A DNA stretch of 64,000 bases from Hyphomonas sp. (GTDB lineage: Bacteria; Pseudomonadota; Alphaproteobacteria; Caulobacterales; Hyphomonadaceae), in assembly GCF_037969335.1 (NCBI RefSeq), contig NZ_JBBKXE010000048.1, positions 4,327 to 68,326 of the forward strand, in the 5' to 3' direction. The notes below the pieces were generated by a model. It was not told where the DNA came from, ran no database searches, and saw only the letters and a list, made by a program, of their open reading frames with translations. Positions within the stretch are counted from its first letter, which is position 1; each line of letters begins with the position of its first letter. Shown one piece after another: positions 17,464 to 26,304 of the stretch. The translations under genes and the position numbers were made by a program.

Positions 17464-18992
17464 GGTTTGGTCAATTCGATGATGTCCGGATTGGCCATGA
17501 CATAGTCGATGACGTAGGCGAGTTCGCCGGGAGTCTCCGTATAGAGCGTATAGAGCGGCTGCCCGCCTTTGACCCTGTCGCCCAGCCTGACATGGAGATC
17601 AAGACCGGCGGTCTTGTCGCCGGGCGCGCCTGCGAGTTTGGCGGCCCGGGCGAGGTGCCGACTGTCGATGCAGGTCACCCGGCCGGGAGCTGGCGCCAGG
17701 ACAGGGCGGCTGTGTTCCGCAAGGGTCGGCTCTCGAAATCCACCCTGGGCGCGGCAGATGGCTTCGAACTTGGTGTAGGCTGCTCCGCTGCGGAGCACGT
17801 TCAGTGCCATGGCCTTGCCCGCTCCCGCATCGGCCTTGCCGACAAGTTCAAGCAGGGCCCCGGCGATCAGGCAGGCGCGGTCTGCAAGATCGGCAGGGGC
17901 ATCCGGATCGTTGCGCAGGACGCCGAGAATATCACGCGCTTCGAGCGCGGGGCCGATGCCGCGCCCGACCGGCTGGGTGCCGTCGGTGACGAGGGAGAGG
18001 ACTTTCAGGCCGAATTCAGCGGCGACCTTTTCAAGAAGGGATTGCAGGGACAGGGCAGCGGCCTGGCTGCGGACCTTGGCTGTGGGCCCCACCGGAATGT
18101 CGATCACGACATGGGTGGCGCCGGCGGCGATCTTCTTTGACAGGACGGATGCGACGAGCGCGCCCTCGCTGTCGAGATCCAGCGCGCGCTCGATCCGGAT
18201 CAGGGCATCGTCAGCGGGACTGAAATGCATGCCGCCGCCCCAGACGAAACAGCCGCCTTCTTGGTCAACGACCCGCCGCATGCTTTCAAGATCGAGGTCG
18301 ACATCGGTCAGGACTTCCATCGTGTCGGCGGTGCCGGCGGGCGACGTGATCGCGCGGGACGATGTTTTCGGGATGGTCAGGCCGAGCGAGGCGCAGATCG
18401 CCACGACAATAGGTGTTGTCCGGTTGCCCGGCAGGCCGCCGACGCAATGCTTGTCGGCAATGGGCATGCGGTCCCAGGTCATCCTGCTGCCGGTTTCGAC
18501 CATGGCGCGGGTGAGGGCGATGGTTTCGGTTACGTCCAGTGGCAGAGCCGAGCATGCGGTGACGAAAGAGGACAGATGGATGTCCGAATAGCGCCCTGCG
18601 ACAATATCAGTGATGATGGCCAGCGTGCCAGCTGCGTCGAGCCGCTGGCCGAACACTTTGCCCCGAACCGTTTTGAGCGACTCGAGCGGCGCAGGATGGC
18701 TGATGGAAATCTCGCAACCATCGACAAGACCGAGCAGGCGCCAGGCGGCCTCCGACAGGCCGATCTCCTGATCGGAAACGAGGTCGGTCGATGTCTGGTA
18801 TAGCGTGGCGATAATGGAGCAGGTGCCATTGGTCAGCTCGACACGGGAATGCGCGGAAAACCCTTCGGATCGGCAGACAGGACTGTCTGCCTGAACGAAG
18901 GCCATGGCTTCATGCTGGGTATCAAGCCCGAGCCGCCGCGCGGTCAGCACATTGGTCAAGGTTGGCGGGCCCGGAGGTTGCGCGTCCATCAA
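17460..18992 (-). CDS. Thymidine phosphorylase family, archaeal-type AMP/NMP phosphorylase-like
   Basis: N-terminal extension, DKHCVGGLPGNRTT, KTSSRAITSPAGTADTMEVL, SKKIAAG, QPVGRGIGPALEA. Confidence 0.9.
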   Translation of the reverse strand: MMDAQPPGPPTLTNVLTARRLGLDTQHEAMAFVQADSPVCRSEGFSAHSRVELTNGTCSIIATLYQTSTDLVSDQEIGLSEAAWRLLGLVDGCEISISHPAPLESLKTVRGKVFGQRLDAAGTLAIITDIVAGRYSDIHLSSFVTACSALPLDVTETIALTRAMVETGSRMTWDRMPIADKHCVGGLPGNRTTPIVVAICASLGLTIPKTSSRAITSPAGTADTMEVLTDVDLDLESMRRVVDQEGGCFVWGGGMHFSPADDALIRIERALDLDSEGALVASVLSKKIAAGATHVVIDIPVGPTAKVRSQAAALSLQSLLEKVAAEFGLKVLSLVTDGTQPVGRGIGPALEARDILGVLRNDPDAPADLADRACLIAGALLELVGKADAGAGKAMALNVLRSGAAYTKFEAICRAQGGFREPTLAEHSRPVLAPAPGRVTCIDSRHLARAAKLAGAPGDKTAGLDLHVRLGDRVKGGQPLYTLYTETPGELAYVIDYVMANPDIIELTKP

Positions 18993-20353
18993 GCGAGATT
19001 CTGCGTTTCATTGTGTTCAGGCACGATAACGGACCAGCCCAGTTCTTCCTCGATCCGGTGACGAAGGGCATCGGCGGCGTCCGGCTCGCCATGGACGATG
19101 AAGGTCTGCTTCGGCGGTGATTCAAAGCCGCCCAGCCAGTGCATGATTTCATCCGCGTCGGCATGCGCCGAGAGCATGTGCAGGGTGGCGACTTCGGCGC
19201 GCACGTCATGGTACTCGCCGTGGATCTTGATCCGGTCAATTCCGGCGACCATGGCGGCGCCCCGCGTGCCGCCTGCCTGGAACCCTGCAAACAGGACGGA
19301 GTTGCGGGCGTCCGGCGCATAGAATTTCAGGTGGTGCAGGACCCGGCCGCCGGTCGCCATGCCGCTCGCCGCGATGATGATCTTGGGCATCTGGTCATAG
19401 TCGAGGGCCTTGGAGTCTTCGCTATCATGAACATATTTTGCGACATGGCATGTGTTCAGGCTCTGCGTCTTGCTGAGCTTGTGACAATAGGCATGCTTGC
19501 AGAAGAGTTCGGTGGCATCGATTGCCATCGGGCTATCGAGATAGACGGGCAGGTCCGGAATGCGGTTGGCCGCTTTCAGCTCGTGGAGGTGGTAGAGCAG
19601 TGTCTGGGCGCGCCCGACAGCGAAGGACGGAATGAGCACTGTGCCGCCGCGCTTGGCCGTCCGGTTGATGATGTCGGCCAGCGCATCCTGCGCATTGCGC
19701 GCGCCATGCTGGCGGTTGCCATAGGTCGACTCGACGAGCAGGTAGTCAGCCTGCCGGATAGGTGCAGGATCATACATGATCGGGTCGTTCGGGCGACCGA
19801 GATCCCCCGAAAAGACGATCTTGCTCGTCGGCGCCTGGAGCTCGACAATGGCCGCGCCGAGGATGTGGCCGGCAATCCGGAATGTCGCGGACACGTCCTT
19901 TGCCACGCTGGTCGGTGCGTCGAAGGGCGAGGTGTCAAACATTTCGAGTGTTCGATTGACGTCTTTCTCGCCATAGAGCGGCAAGGCGGGCTTGTGCTTT
20001 GAATAGCCATAGCGATTGGCGCGCTCGGCTTCGCGCTCCTGCAAGTAGGCGCTGTCGGGCAGCAGGATTCGGCAAAGGTCATAGGTTGCTTCGGTGCAAT
20101 GTATCTTGCCCCTGAAGCCATTCTTGACGAGGACAGGCAGGTAACCGGAATGGTCGATATGCGCATGGGTCAGGACCACGGCGTCGATGGTTGCCGGATC
20201 GACCGGCAGGTCTTTCCAGTTTCGCAGGCGCAGCTGCTTGTAGCCCTGGAACAGGCCGCAATCGACCAGGATGCGCGCCTCGCCCGTGTCGACCAGGTAT
20301 TTTGACCCGGTCACCGTACCAACGCCGCCGAGGAACTTGAGTTGAAGTGTCAT
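18989..20353 (-). CDS. MBL-fold beta-CASP ribonuclease
   Basis: GTVTGS, DCGLFQG, THAHIDHSG, AGHILG, FSGDLG, ESTYG, PSFAVGRAQ, ASGM..GGR, SAHAD, VHGE. Confidence 0.92.
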   Translation of the reverse strand: MTLQLKFLGGVGTVTGSKYLVDTGEARILVDCGLFQGYKQLRLRNWKDLPVDPATIDAVVLTHAHIDHSGYLPVLVKNGFRGKIHCTEATYDLCRILLPDSAYLQEREAERANRYGYSKHKPALPLYGEKDVNRTLEMFDTSPFDAPTSVAKDVSATFRIAGHILGAAIVELQAPTSKIVFSGDLGRPNDPIMYDPAPIRQADYLLVESTYGNRQHGARNAQDALADIINRTAKRGGTVLIPSFAVGRAQTLLYHLHELKAANRIPDLPVYLDSPMAIDATELFCKHAYCHKLSKTQSLNTCHVAKYVHDSEDSKALDYDQMPKIIIAASGMATGGRVLHHLKFYAPDARNSVLFAGFQAGGTRGAAMVAGIDRIKIHGEYHDVRAEVATLHMLSAHADADEIMHWLGGFESPPKQTFIVHGEPDAADALRHRIEEELGWSVIVPEHNETQNLA

Positions 20354-20484
20354 GTGTCGGCTTCCTCGGTGACCGTATCGGCAAGGGTGGACTGCGCGCA
20401 ACGCATCCGCTTGAAATCAGGCTATCGCATGTGACCTTGCAAAAGGGACGCATGCAACCCTGTCGTATCGCGTTGGGGGTGGCG

Positions 20485-20943
20485 CTAGAGACCGGCGATG
20501 GGCGTGGTGCGGATGGAGGCCTTGCCCAGATCCCGGATCGGCTTGGGGAGCGCCTGCAGCACATTCTCGATTTCGCCGGGTGAAATATACATGCTGAGCA
20601 CTTCAAACACGGCAGCGGTGACCGCGTCGGCTTTGACGCCGGGAAAGTTCCTGAACGCGTCTGCAATCGGCGCGAGGAAGGCCTCCAGCGATCTGTCAGT
20701 TGGGCGCTCTGACCCGGGCGACCAGCCTTCGAAGAATATGCCGCGCACGATCAACGGCATCTGCGATGAGAAGTTCGCGGCCAGCGGCACCGGCAGCCGG
20801 TCGCGAATTTCATGCATTACGACCTTGAGGGCCTGATGAGCCTGGGCAGGTTCGGTCCACGCGAGAACCTCCATCACATCCTTCAGCCATACATTGGCCG
20901 TCTGGAGCGCCTCGTCGAACTGGTGCAAACTTGTGTGGGTCAT
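20485..20943 (-). CDS. DUF2267 protein
   Basis: ANVWLKDV...VMHEIRDRL...QMPLIVRGIFFEGW...ISPGEIENV..ALPKPIR. Confidence 0.85.
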   Translation of the reverse strand: MTHTSLHQFDEALQTANVWLKDVMEVLAWTEPAQAHQALKVVMHEIRDRLPVPLAANFSSQMPLIVRGIFFEGWSPGSERPTDRSLEAFLAPIADAFRNFPGVKADAVTAAVFEVLSMYISPGEIENVLQALPKPIRDLGKASIRTTPIAGL

Positions 20944-20974
20944 CGTGTAATTCCGCCCGGTAGGCGGCCTCCCT

Positions 20975-21475
20975 CTAGTCGGACTTGATAGCGATTTTTT
21001 TCGCTGGCTGCCGGGCTGTTTCGGATTTCGGCAATGTGATCGACAAAACGCCCTTCTTCAGCGTTGCGTTGACTTTCGCGGCATCGACTTCGCACGGCAG
21101 GGGCACGTGCCGCTCGAAGGTGCCGTAGGCGCGCTCCATGCGATGGAAGTTCTTGCCCTTTTCTTCCTTTTTCTCTTCGCGCTTGCCTTTGATCATCACG
21201 CCCGTGTCGGTCAGGCTGATGTCGATATCCTTGCGGTCGATTCCCGGTAGGTCGAGGACAAGTTCGATTGCGTCATCGGTCTCGCTGACGTCGAGGTCTG
21301 TAGGGAGGGTGAATGCCTGTCCGCCATTGGCGCGACCAAATGCGGGCAGCGCCGGAATATAGCTGCTGAAAAGGTCGTCCATCTCTGCTTTCAGCTGGGA
21401 AACGGGATCATGACTGCGCAGCCATCCGAATGGCTGGCTCGGTGTGCGGTCTTCCTTCTTTTGCAAACTCGTCAT
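20975..21475 (-). CDS. Hsp20/alpha-crystallin small heat-shock protein
   Basis: DLPGID, ERAYGTFER...LP, ATLKKGVLSITLPK; GAGGAG SD. Confidence 0.95.
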   Translation of the reverse strand: MTSLQKKEDRTPSQPFGWLRSHDPVSQLKAEMDDLFSSYIPALPAFGRANGGQAFTLPTDLDVSETDDAIELVLDLPGIDRKDIDISLTDTGVMIKGKREEKKEEKGKNFHRMERAYGTFERHVPLPCEVDAAKVNATLKKGVLSITLPKSETARQPAKKIAIKSD

Positions 21476-21557
21476 TTTTCAACTCCTCAATCACAGTAAA
21501 TCTTACGTGCCATCGTTCGATGCCAAGTCACTTTACGCCGCGAGGTCGACGTGCTGA

Positions 21558-21571
21558 TTGATTGGAATCAA
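21558..21571. promoter_or_regulatory. FNR/FixK box
   Basis: Perfect TTGAT-TGGA-ATCAA upstream of the hsp20 run. Confidence 0.85.
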
Positions 21572-21716
21572 GTCGGGTGGAGTCCTGCTTTTCCGTGATG
21601 CGCGCCAATAAATTTGAGCTTATCGCATGGGCACGGTTGCCTGACCGTGTGTCTCCCTGCCAATGTCGTTCGCAGGCCGGACAAGACACCGGCATCATGC
21701 CAACCCGGAGGCAAAA

Positions 21717-22904
21717 ATGGATCTCGAGCTTACGCAGGCTGATAGTGATTTTCGCGACGAAGTGCGGGCCTTCCTCCGGGATAACCTGACCGATGACCTG
21801 GCGCAGGCCGGCCGGCTGACGACCAGCGTCTTCATCGAGCCGCAGTTCAGCCTGCCCTGGCAGCGGATCCTGCACGCACGCGGATGGGCCGCGCCGGGCT
21901 GGCCGGTCGAATATGGCGGTACAGGCTGGAGCGAGATGCAGCGCTACATTTTCGCGTCGGAATGCGCGCGCGCCGGTGCGCCGTCGCTCTCTCCGATGGG
22001 GCTGAGTATGGTGGGCCCCTGCATTATCGGGCACGGCACGCCTGAACAGAAAGCCCACTACCTGCCGCGTATCCTGTCTGGCGAGGACTATTGGTGCCAG
22101 GGCTATTCAGAACCGAATGCCGGGTCGGACCTTGCAAGCCTTGGCCTCAAGGCTGTCGCGGATGGCGACGATTACATCCTCAACGGGACCAAGATCTGGA
22201 CCACGCACGCGCAATGGGCCAGCCGCATGTTCTGCCTCGTGCGCACGCGTTTCGACGGCAAGCCGCAGGTGGGCATCACCTTCCTCCTGCTCGACATGAA
22301 CCTGCCCGGCATCACGGTCGAGCCGATCATCACCCTCGCCGGCGAGCATGAAGTGAACCAGGTCTTCTTTGACGATGTCCGTGTGCCACAAGCCGGTCGG
22401 CTGGGTGACGAGAACAATGGCTGGACTGTCGCGAAATACCTGCTCGAATTCGAACGCGGTGGCGGCTCGTCGGCCGGACTGGAAGTCAATGTGGCGCGCA
22501 TCCGCGCGCTCGCCGAGGAAAACGGATTGCTGGCGCGCGACTCCGGCTTTGCCCGCGATCTTGCCGCGACCGAGGTCGCCCTCGAGGCGATCAAGATTAC
22601 CGAGCAGCGCGTGTCGTCCGCGCTGTCGAGCGGATCCAATCCGGGACCGGCTGCGTCGATGCTGAAGGTCCAGCGCACCGAGATGATGCAACGGATCGAT
22701 ACGCTCGGCATCGAACTCGGAGGCACCTATGCCGGGGTCGAGCAGATCGAGGCGCGCCAGCCGGGCACAAATGTCGACCCGGTCGGCCCGTCGAACCTGC
22801 TCACCCTGATGCCGCGCTATCTCAACAACCGGGCCGGCTCGATCTATGGCGGCTCGAACGAGGTCCAGCGCAATATCATGGCGAAACTCGTCCTGGGGCT
22901 CTGA
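21717..22904 (+). CDS. Acyl-CoA dehydrogenase
   Basis: WCQGYSEPNAGSDLASL, NGTKIWTT, NQVFFDDVRVP, IYGGSNEVQRNI. Confidence 0.93.
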   Translation: MDLELTQADSDFRDEVRAFLRDNLTDDLAQAGRLTTSVFIEPQFSLPWQRILHARGWAAPGWPVEYGGTGWSEMQRYIFASECARAGAPSLSPMGLSMVGPCIIGHGTPEQKAHYLPRILSGEDYWCQGYSEPNAGSDLASLGLKAVADGDDYILNGTKIWTTHAQWASRMFCLVRTRFDGKPQVGITFLLLDMNLPGITVEPIITLAGEHEVNQVFFDDVRVPQAGRLGDENNGWTVAKYLLEFERGGGSSAGLEVNVARIRALAEENGLLARDSGFARDLAATEVALEAIKITEQRVSSALSSGSNPGPAASMLKVQRTEMMQRIDTLGIELGGTYAGVEQIEARQPGTNVDPVGPSNLLTLMPRYLNNRAGSIYGGSNEVQRNIMAKLVLGL

Positions 22905-23104
22905 AACCCCGCACTCACGTTCGGCGAGCGACACTGGCCCTGCTGCTGCGGGGTCTGAATGCCAGCCTGGCGGCTGCCGGGCAGGGCGTGGCGCGGTGTC
23001 AACTTTGCCATCCATTGTGCCGTTCGAAAGGCGCCGCGCCTGATAATGGGCGTCACAACCCTAACGATATTCCCGGCATTCCTCTACGGCATCCCTTGTC
23101 ATAA

Positions 23105-23124
23105 AATTAGAACGTGTTCTAATT
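23105..23124. promoter_or_regulatory. TetR-type operator
   Basis: Perfect inverted repeat AATTAGAAC-GT-GTTCTAATT, 23 bp before the operon start. Confidence 0.75.
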
Positions 23125-23147
23125 AGCAAAACAACGGAGCCTTCTTC

Positions 23148-23387
23148 ATGCCAGTCGATAATCTCTCTCGCGTACGAAAATCCATTCTTCCTACAGAGGG
23201 AGATACATGGAGCATCGTCGCCAAACGCGAACTTCCGGAACTCGCCCCGGATGAGGCGCTGGCCAAGCTGCAAAGCTGGAACCTGCACGTCTTCATGCGG
23301 GCAGCAGGGGCAATGGCCGCGCCCGGTGGTGGCAACCCGATCCTGCCAAGTGATGTCGTTTTCATTGAGCCGCCGCTGGCGACCTGA
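23148..23387 (+). CDS. Small hypothetical protein, LysM-like pattern
   Basis: GGAG SD; EGDTWSIVAKR...L..WN...ILPSDVVFI; TGATG overlap with the next ORF. Confidence 0.6.
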   Translation: MPVDNLSRVRKSILPTEGDTWSIVAKRELPELAPDEALAKLQSWNLHVFMRAAGAMAAPGGGNPILPSDVVFIEPPLAT

Positions 23388-23641
23388 TGAGCGGAGCTGT
23401 CATCAGCCGGGTGCAACTCGCCGCCGCCCATGACGGCGACGCCGAACTGGTGGTGACGCTTCTCTTTGAAAATGGCGGAGAGTCACTGGTGCCACTGGAT
23501 GAACATGCCGTGCGGGTCCTGATGGAATCGTCCGGTGCCAGCGATCCTGACGAGCTTGTCGGGAAAGGGTGGGGGCTTGTGCGCGACGCGCTGGAAGCAT
23601 CCTCGAACAGATTTATGAATTCAAATTCAAACGCTCAATGA
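23387..23641 (+). CDS. Small hypothetical protein
   Basis: Translationally coupled 84-aa ORF directly before the amidohydrolase. Confidence 0.6.
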   Translation: MSGAVISRVQLAAAHDGDAELVVTLLFENGGESLVPLDEHAVRVLMESSGASDPDELVGKGWGLVRDALEASSNRFMNSNSNAQ

Positions 23642-23656
23642 GAGAAGGATCCGACA

Positions 23657-25345
23657 ATGTATGATCTTGTCATCAGAAACGGAAAAGTCGTCGATGGTTC
23701 GGGCGCGCCCGCCTATAATGCGGATGTCGCGGTGAATGGGAACCGGATCGTCAAGATCGGGAAGATCACCGAAGCGGCGCGGTCGGAAGTCGACGCGGCC
23801 GGCAAGGTCGTGACGCCCGGCTTTATTGATCCCCATACGCATTTCGACGCCCAGCTCTTGTGGGACGGATGTGCGAAGCCTGCACTGTCCCATGGTGTGA
23901 CGACCATTGTGTCCGGCAACTGTTCCCTGTCGCTGGCGCCGCTCAAGGCCAAGCACCGGATGAAACTGGTCGGCATGTTCAACCAGATCGAAGAGATGCC
24001 GCTGAAAGCCTTCAAGGAAGGCGTCGTCTGGGACTGGGAAACCTTCTCCGATTATATTGCGCGCATCCGCAAGGGCCTGGCGATCAATGTTGCACCGCTG
24101 GTCGGTCATAGCGTCATCCGTCTCTGGGTGATGAATGATGCGGCCATGGAGCGGACCGCGACGGACGCCGAAATCGCCGAGATGCAGAGCGTGCTGCGTG
24201 AATGCCTCGACGCGGGTTCCGTTGGCCTGTCGACGAGCTATGTCGACATGGATGAACGCCTGCAGCCCGTGCCGAGCCGTTACGCCGATTCCCGCGAAGT
24301 CGAGGCGCTGGCCAGCGTCCTTGGCGAATATGGCCGGGTGCTGCAGATCGTGCCGGAATTCTATGACGCGGACCTGACGATTGCGCGTCTCGACCAACTC
24401 GCTGAGCTGTCGCTGAAGTACAATATCCCGACGACTTTCTCGCCAGTGTTCGCCAATGCCGACAATGTCGATGCTGTCGAGCGTGTGATGAAGCGCGTCG
24501 ACGAGCAGTTCGATCGGGGCGCACGGGTCTGGCCGCAAGTTCAGACGCGTCCGATCGACATCAGCTTCAGCTTTGCCGTTCCGAGCCTGTTGTTCATGCG
24601 GATGCCGACCTGGTACGGGATCATTCGGTTCGGCACGCCAGCAGACATCATGGCCGCGTTCAGCGATCCGGATAAACGCTCGAAACTTCTGCAGGAAGCG
24701 TCAGCGCTCGGGCCGCTGTGGCCAACCCTGATTTTCCGTCACGCCAACACCGAGGCGAACCAGAAATATATCGGACAGACGCTGGGCGAGATTGCCAAGG
24801 CGCGTGGGACCACGCCGGTCGAAGCGATGATCGACCTGTCACTGGAAGAGGAGCTGGACGCGCATTTCCTGTCCTCCGGCATGGGGCACAATGACGACAA
24901 GGTCGTCGGCGACCTGCTCAATCATCCCCGGGTCCATATCGGCGCCAGCGATGGCGGCGCACATATCCTGTCCTTCTCGACCTATGGTGACACAGGCTAC
25001 CTCTTCTCGCACTTCGTCCGCGATCTTGATGCCATGAGCCTCGAGTCCGCCGTGAAGAAGATCACGTCCGACACCGCGGCCATCTGGGGCATCCCGCAAC
25101 GGGGCCTGCTGCAGGAGGGCTATGTCGCCGATATTGCCGTATTCGATGCGGCGACGATTGAACGTGGCGAAGAGAAATTCGTGAATGACGTGCCGGGCGA
25201 CGGATACCGCTATGTGCGGGATTCCCATGGCGTGGACACCGTGATCGTTGGTGGCGGAATCGCCTGGACGGCCAAGGATGGTTACAAGGATGCCTGTGGT
25301 GAAGTTCTTCCCGGTGCCGACGTGAAGAAGAAGGTGGCCGCATGA
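23657..25345 (+). CDS. N-acyl-D-amino-acid deacylase family amidohydrolase
   Basis: VVDGSG, PGFIDPHTHFD, GVTT..SGNC, GASDGGAH, RGLL..GYVADI.VFD. Confidence 0.88.
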   Translation: MYDLVIRNGKVVDGSGAPAYNADVAVNGNRIVKIGKITEAARSEVDAAGKVVTPGFIDPHTHFDAQLLWDGCAKPALSHGVTTIVSGNCSLSLAPLKAKHRMKLVGMFNQIEEMPLKAFKEGVVWDWETFSDYIARIRKGLAINVAPLVGHSVIRLWVMNDAAMERTATDAEIAEMQSVLRECLDAGSVGLSTSYVDMDERLQPVPSRYADSREVEALASVLGEYGRVLQIVPEFYDADLTIARLDQLAELSLKYNIPTTFSPVFANADNVDAVERVMKRVDEQFDRGARVWPQVQTRPIDISFSFAVPSLLFMRMPTWYGIIRFGTPADIMAAFSDPDKRSKLLQEASALGPLWPTLIFRHANTEANQKYIGQTLGEIAKARGTTPVEAMIDLSLEEELDAHFLSSGMGHNDDKVVGDLLNHPRVHIGASDGGAHILSFSTYGDTGYLFSHFVRDLDAMSLESAVKKITSDTAAIWGIPQRGLLQEGYVADIAVFDAATIERGEEKFVNDVPGDGYRYVRDSHGVDTVIVGGGIAWTAKDGYKDACGEVLPGADVKKKVAA

Positions 25346-26304
25346 GCTGGCCGGGCATCACCGAGCGGCGGATCGCGACCAACGGAATTGAGCTTAATAT
25401 AGCCGAGGCTGGCGAGGGGCCGCTTGTCCTGCTGCTGCACGGGTTTCCGGAATCCTGGTATTCCTGGCGGCACCAGTTCAAGCCTCTCGCGGATGCCGGT
25501 TACCACGTGGTGGCGCCTGACATGCGGGGCTATGGCAAGAGCGACAAGCCGTCGGAGATCAAGGCCTATAACCAGGTCGAAGTGGTCAATGACATTATCG
25601 GTCTCGTGCCGGCGCTTGGATATGAAAAGGCCGTCGTGATCGGGCATGACTGGGGCGCGCCAACGGCATGGGCTACGGCGTTGAACCATCCCGACGTGGT
25701 CCGCGCCGTCGGGGCGCTGTCCGTGCCGTTCCTGCCGCGATCGCCAGTTCCGCCGATGGCGATGATGCGCGAAGTCTATAAGGGCCAGTTCTTCTACCAG
25801 CTCTACTTCTTCGAGCCGGGGGTCGCCGAAGCCGAGTTTGAAGCCGACATTCGCATGGCCCTGAAGAAATTCCTCGTCATGGCAGGCGGCGAAACGGACC
25901 TGTCGGCTTTGCCGCCGAAGGCGGAAGATGACGACATGTTCTCCAGCCTGCCCGATCCCGAAACGCTTCCTGCCTGGGTCAGCGAAGCAGACCTGGATTT
26001 CTATACCGGAGAGTTCGAGCGTTCAGGCATGCGCGGGCCGCTTAATTATTATCGCAACCACGACCTGACCTGGGAGCTGACCAAGGATTCGCCCACGACG
26101 ATCTCGCAACCCGCGTTTTTCCTCGCTGGCGCAAATGACGGCGTGATCATGATGGCCGAAGAGCTGGTGAAGATCATGCCGCACTTCGTGACGGATCTGC
26201 GCATCAACACGTTGATCCCGAAGATCGGTCACTGGACGCAGCAGGAGGCGCCCGAAGCGGTCAATCAGCACATCCTTGCATTCCTGAAAGAGATAGACGG
26301 ATGA
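25342..26304 (+). CDS. Epoxide hydrolase (alpha/beta fold)
   Basis: HGFPE, GYGKSD, GHDWGA (Asp nucleophile), YQLYF and LNYYR tyrosines, GHWTQQE. Confidence 0.88.
   Translation: MSWPGITERRIATNGIELNIAEAGEGPLVLLLHGFPESWYSWRHQFKPLADAGYHVVAPDMRGYGKSDKPSEIKAYNQVEVVNDIIGLVPALGYEKAVVIGHDWGAPTAWATALNHPDVVRAVGALSVPFLPRSPVPPMAMMREVYKGQFFYQLYFFEPGVAEAEFEADIRMALKKFLVMAGGETDLSALPPKAEDDDMFSSLPDPETLPAWVSEADLDFYTGEFERSGMRGPLNYYRNHDLTWELTKDSPTTISQPAFFLAGANDGVIMMAEELVKIMPHFVTDLRINTLIPKIGHWTQQEAPEAVNQHILAFLKEIDG

Noticed and set aside
16555-20353. Anti-phage defence reading of the nuclease/PRTase cluster
   Set aside because: Context is Hsp20/FixK/HPF stress genes, with no defence or mobile genes nearby
22906-22954. 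ACCCCGCA...TGCGGGGT stem after the acyl-CoA dehydrogenase
   Set aside because: Large irregular loop and no U-tract; not supportable as a terminator or ncRNA
23110-23119. LexA/SOS box reading of GAAC-GT-GTTC
   Set aside because: Spacing fits neither GAAC-N4-GTTC nor the alphaproteobacterial GTTC-N7-GTTC, and the context is catabolic
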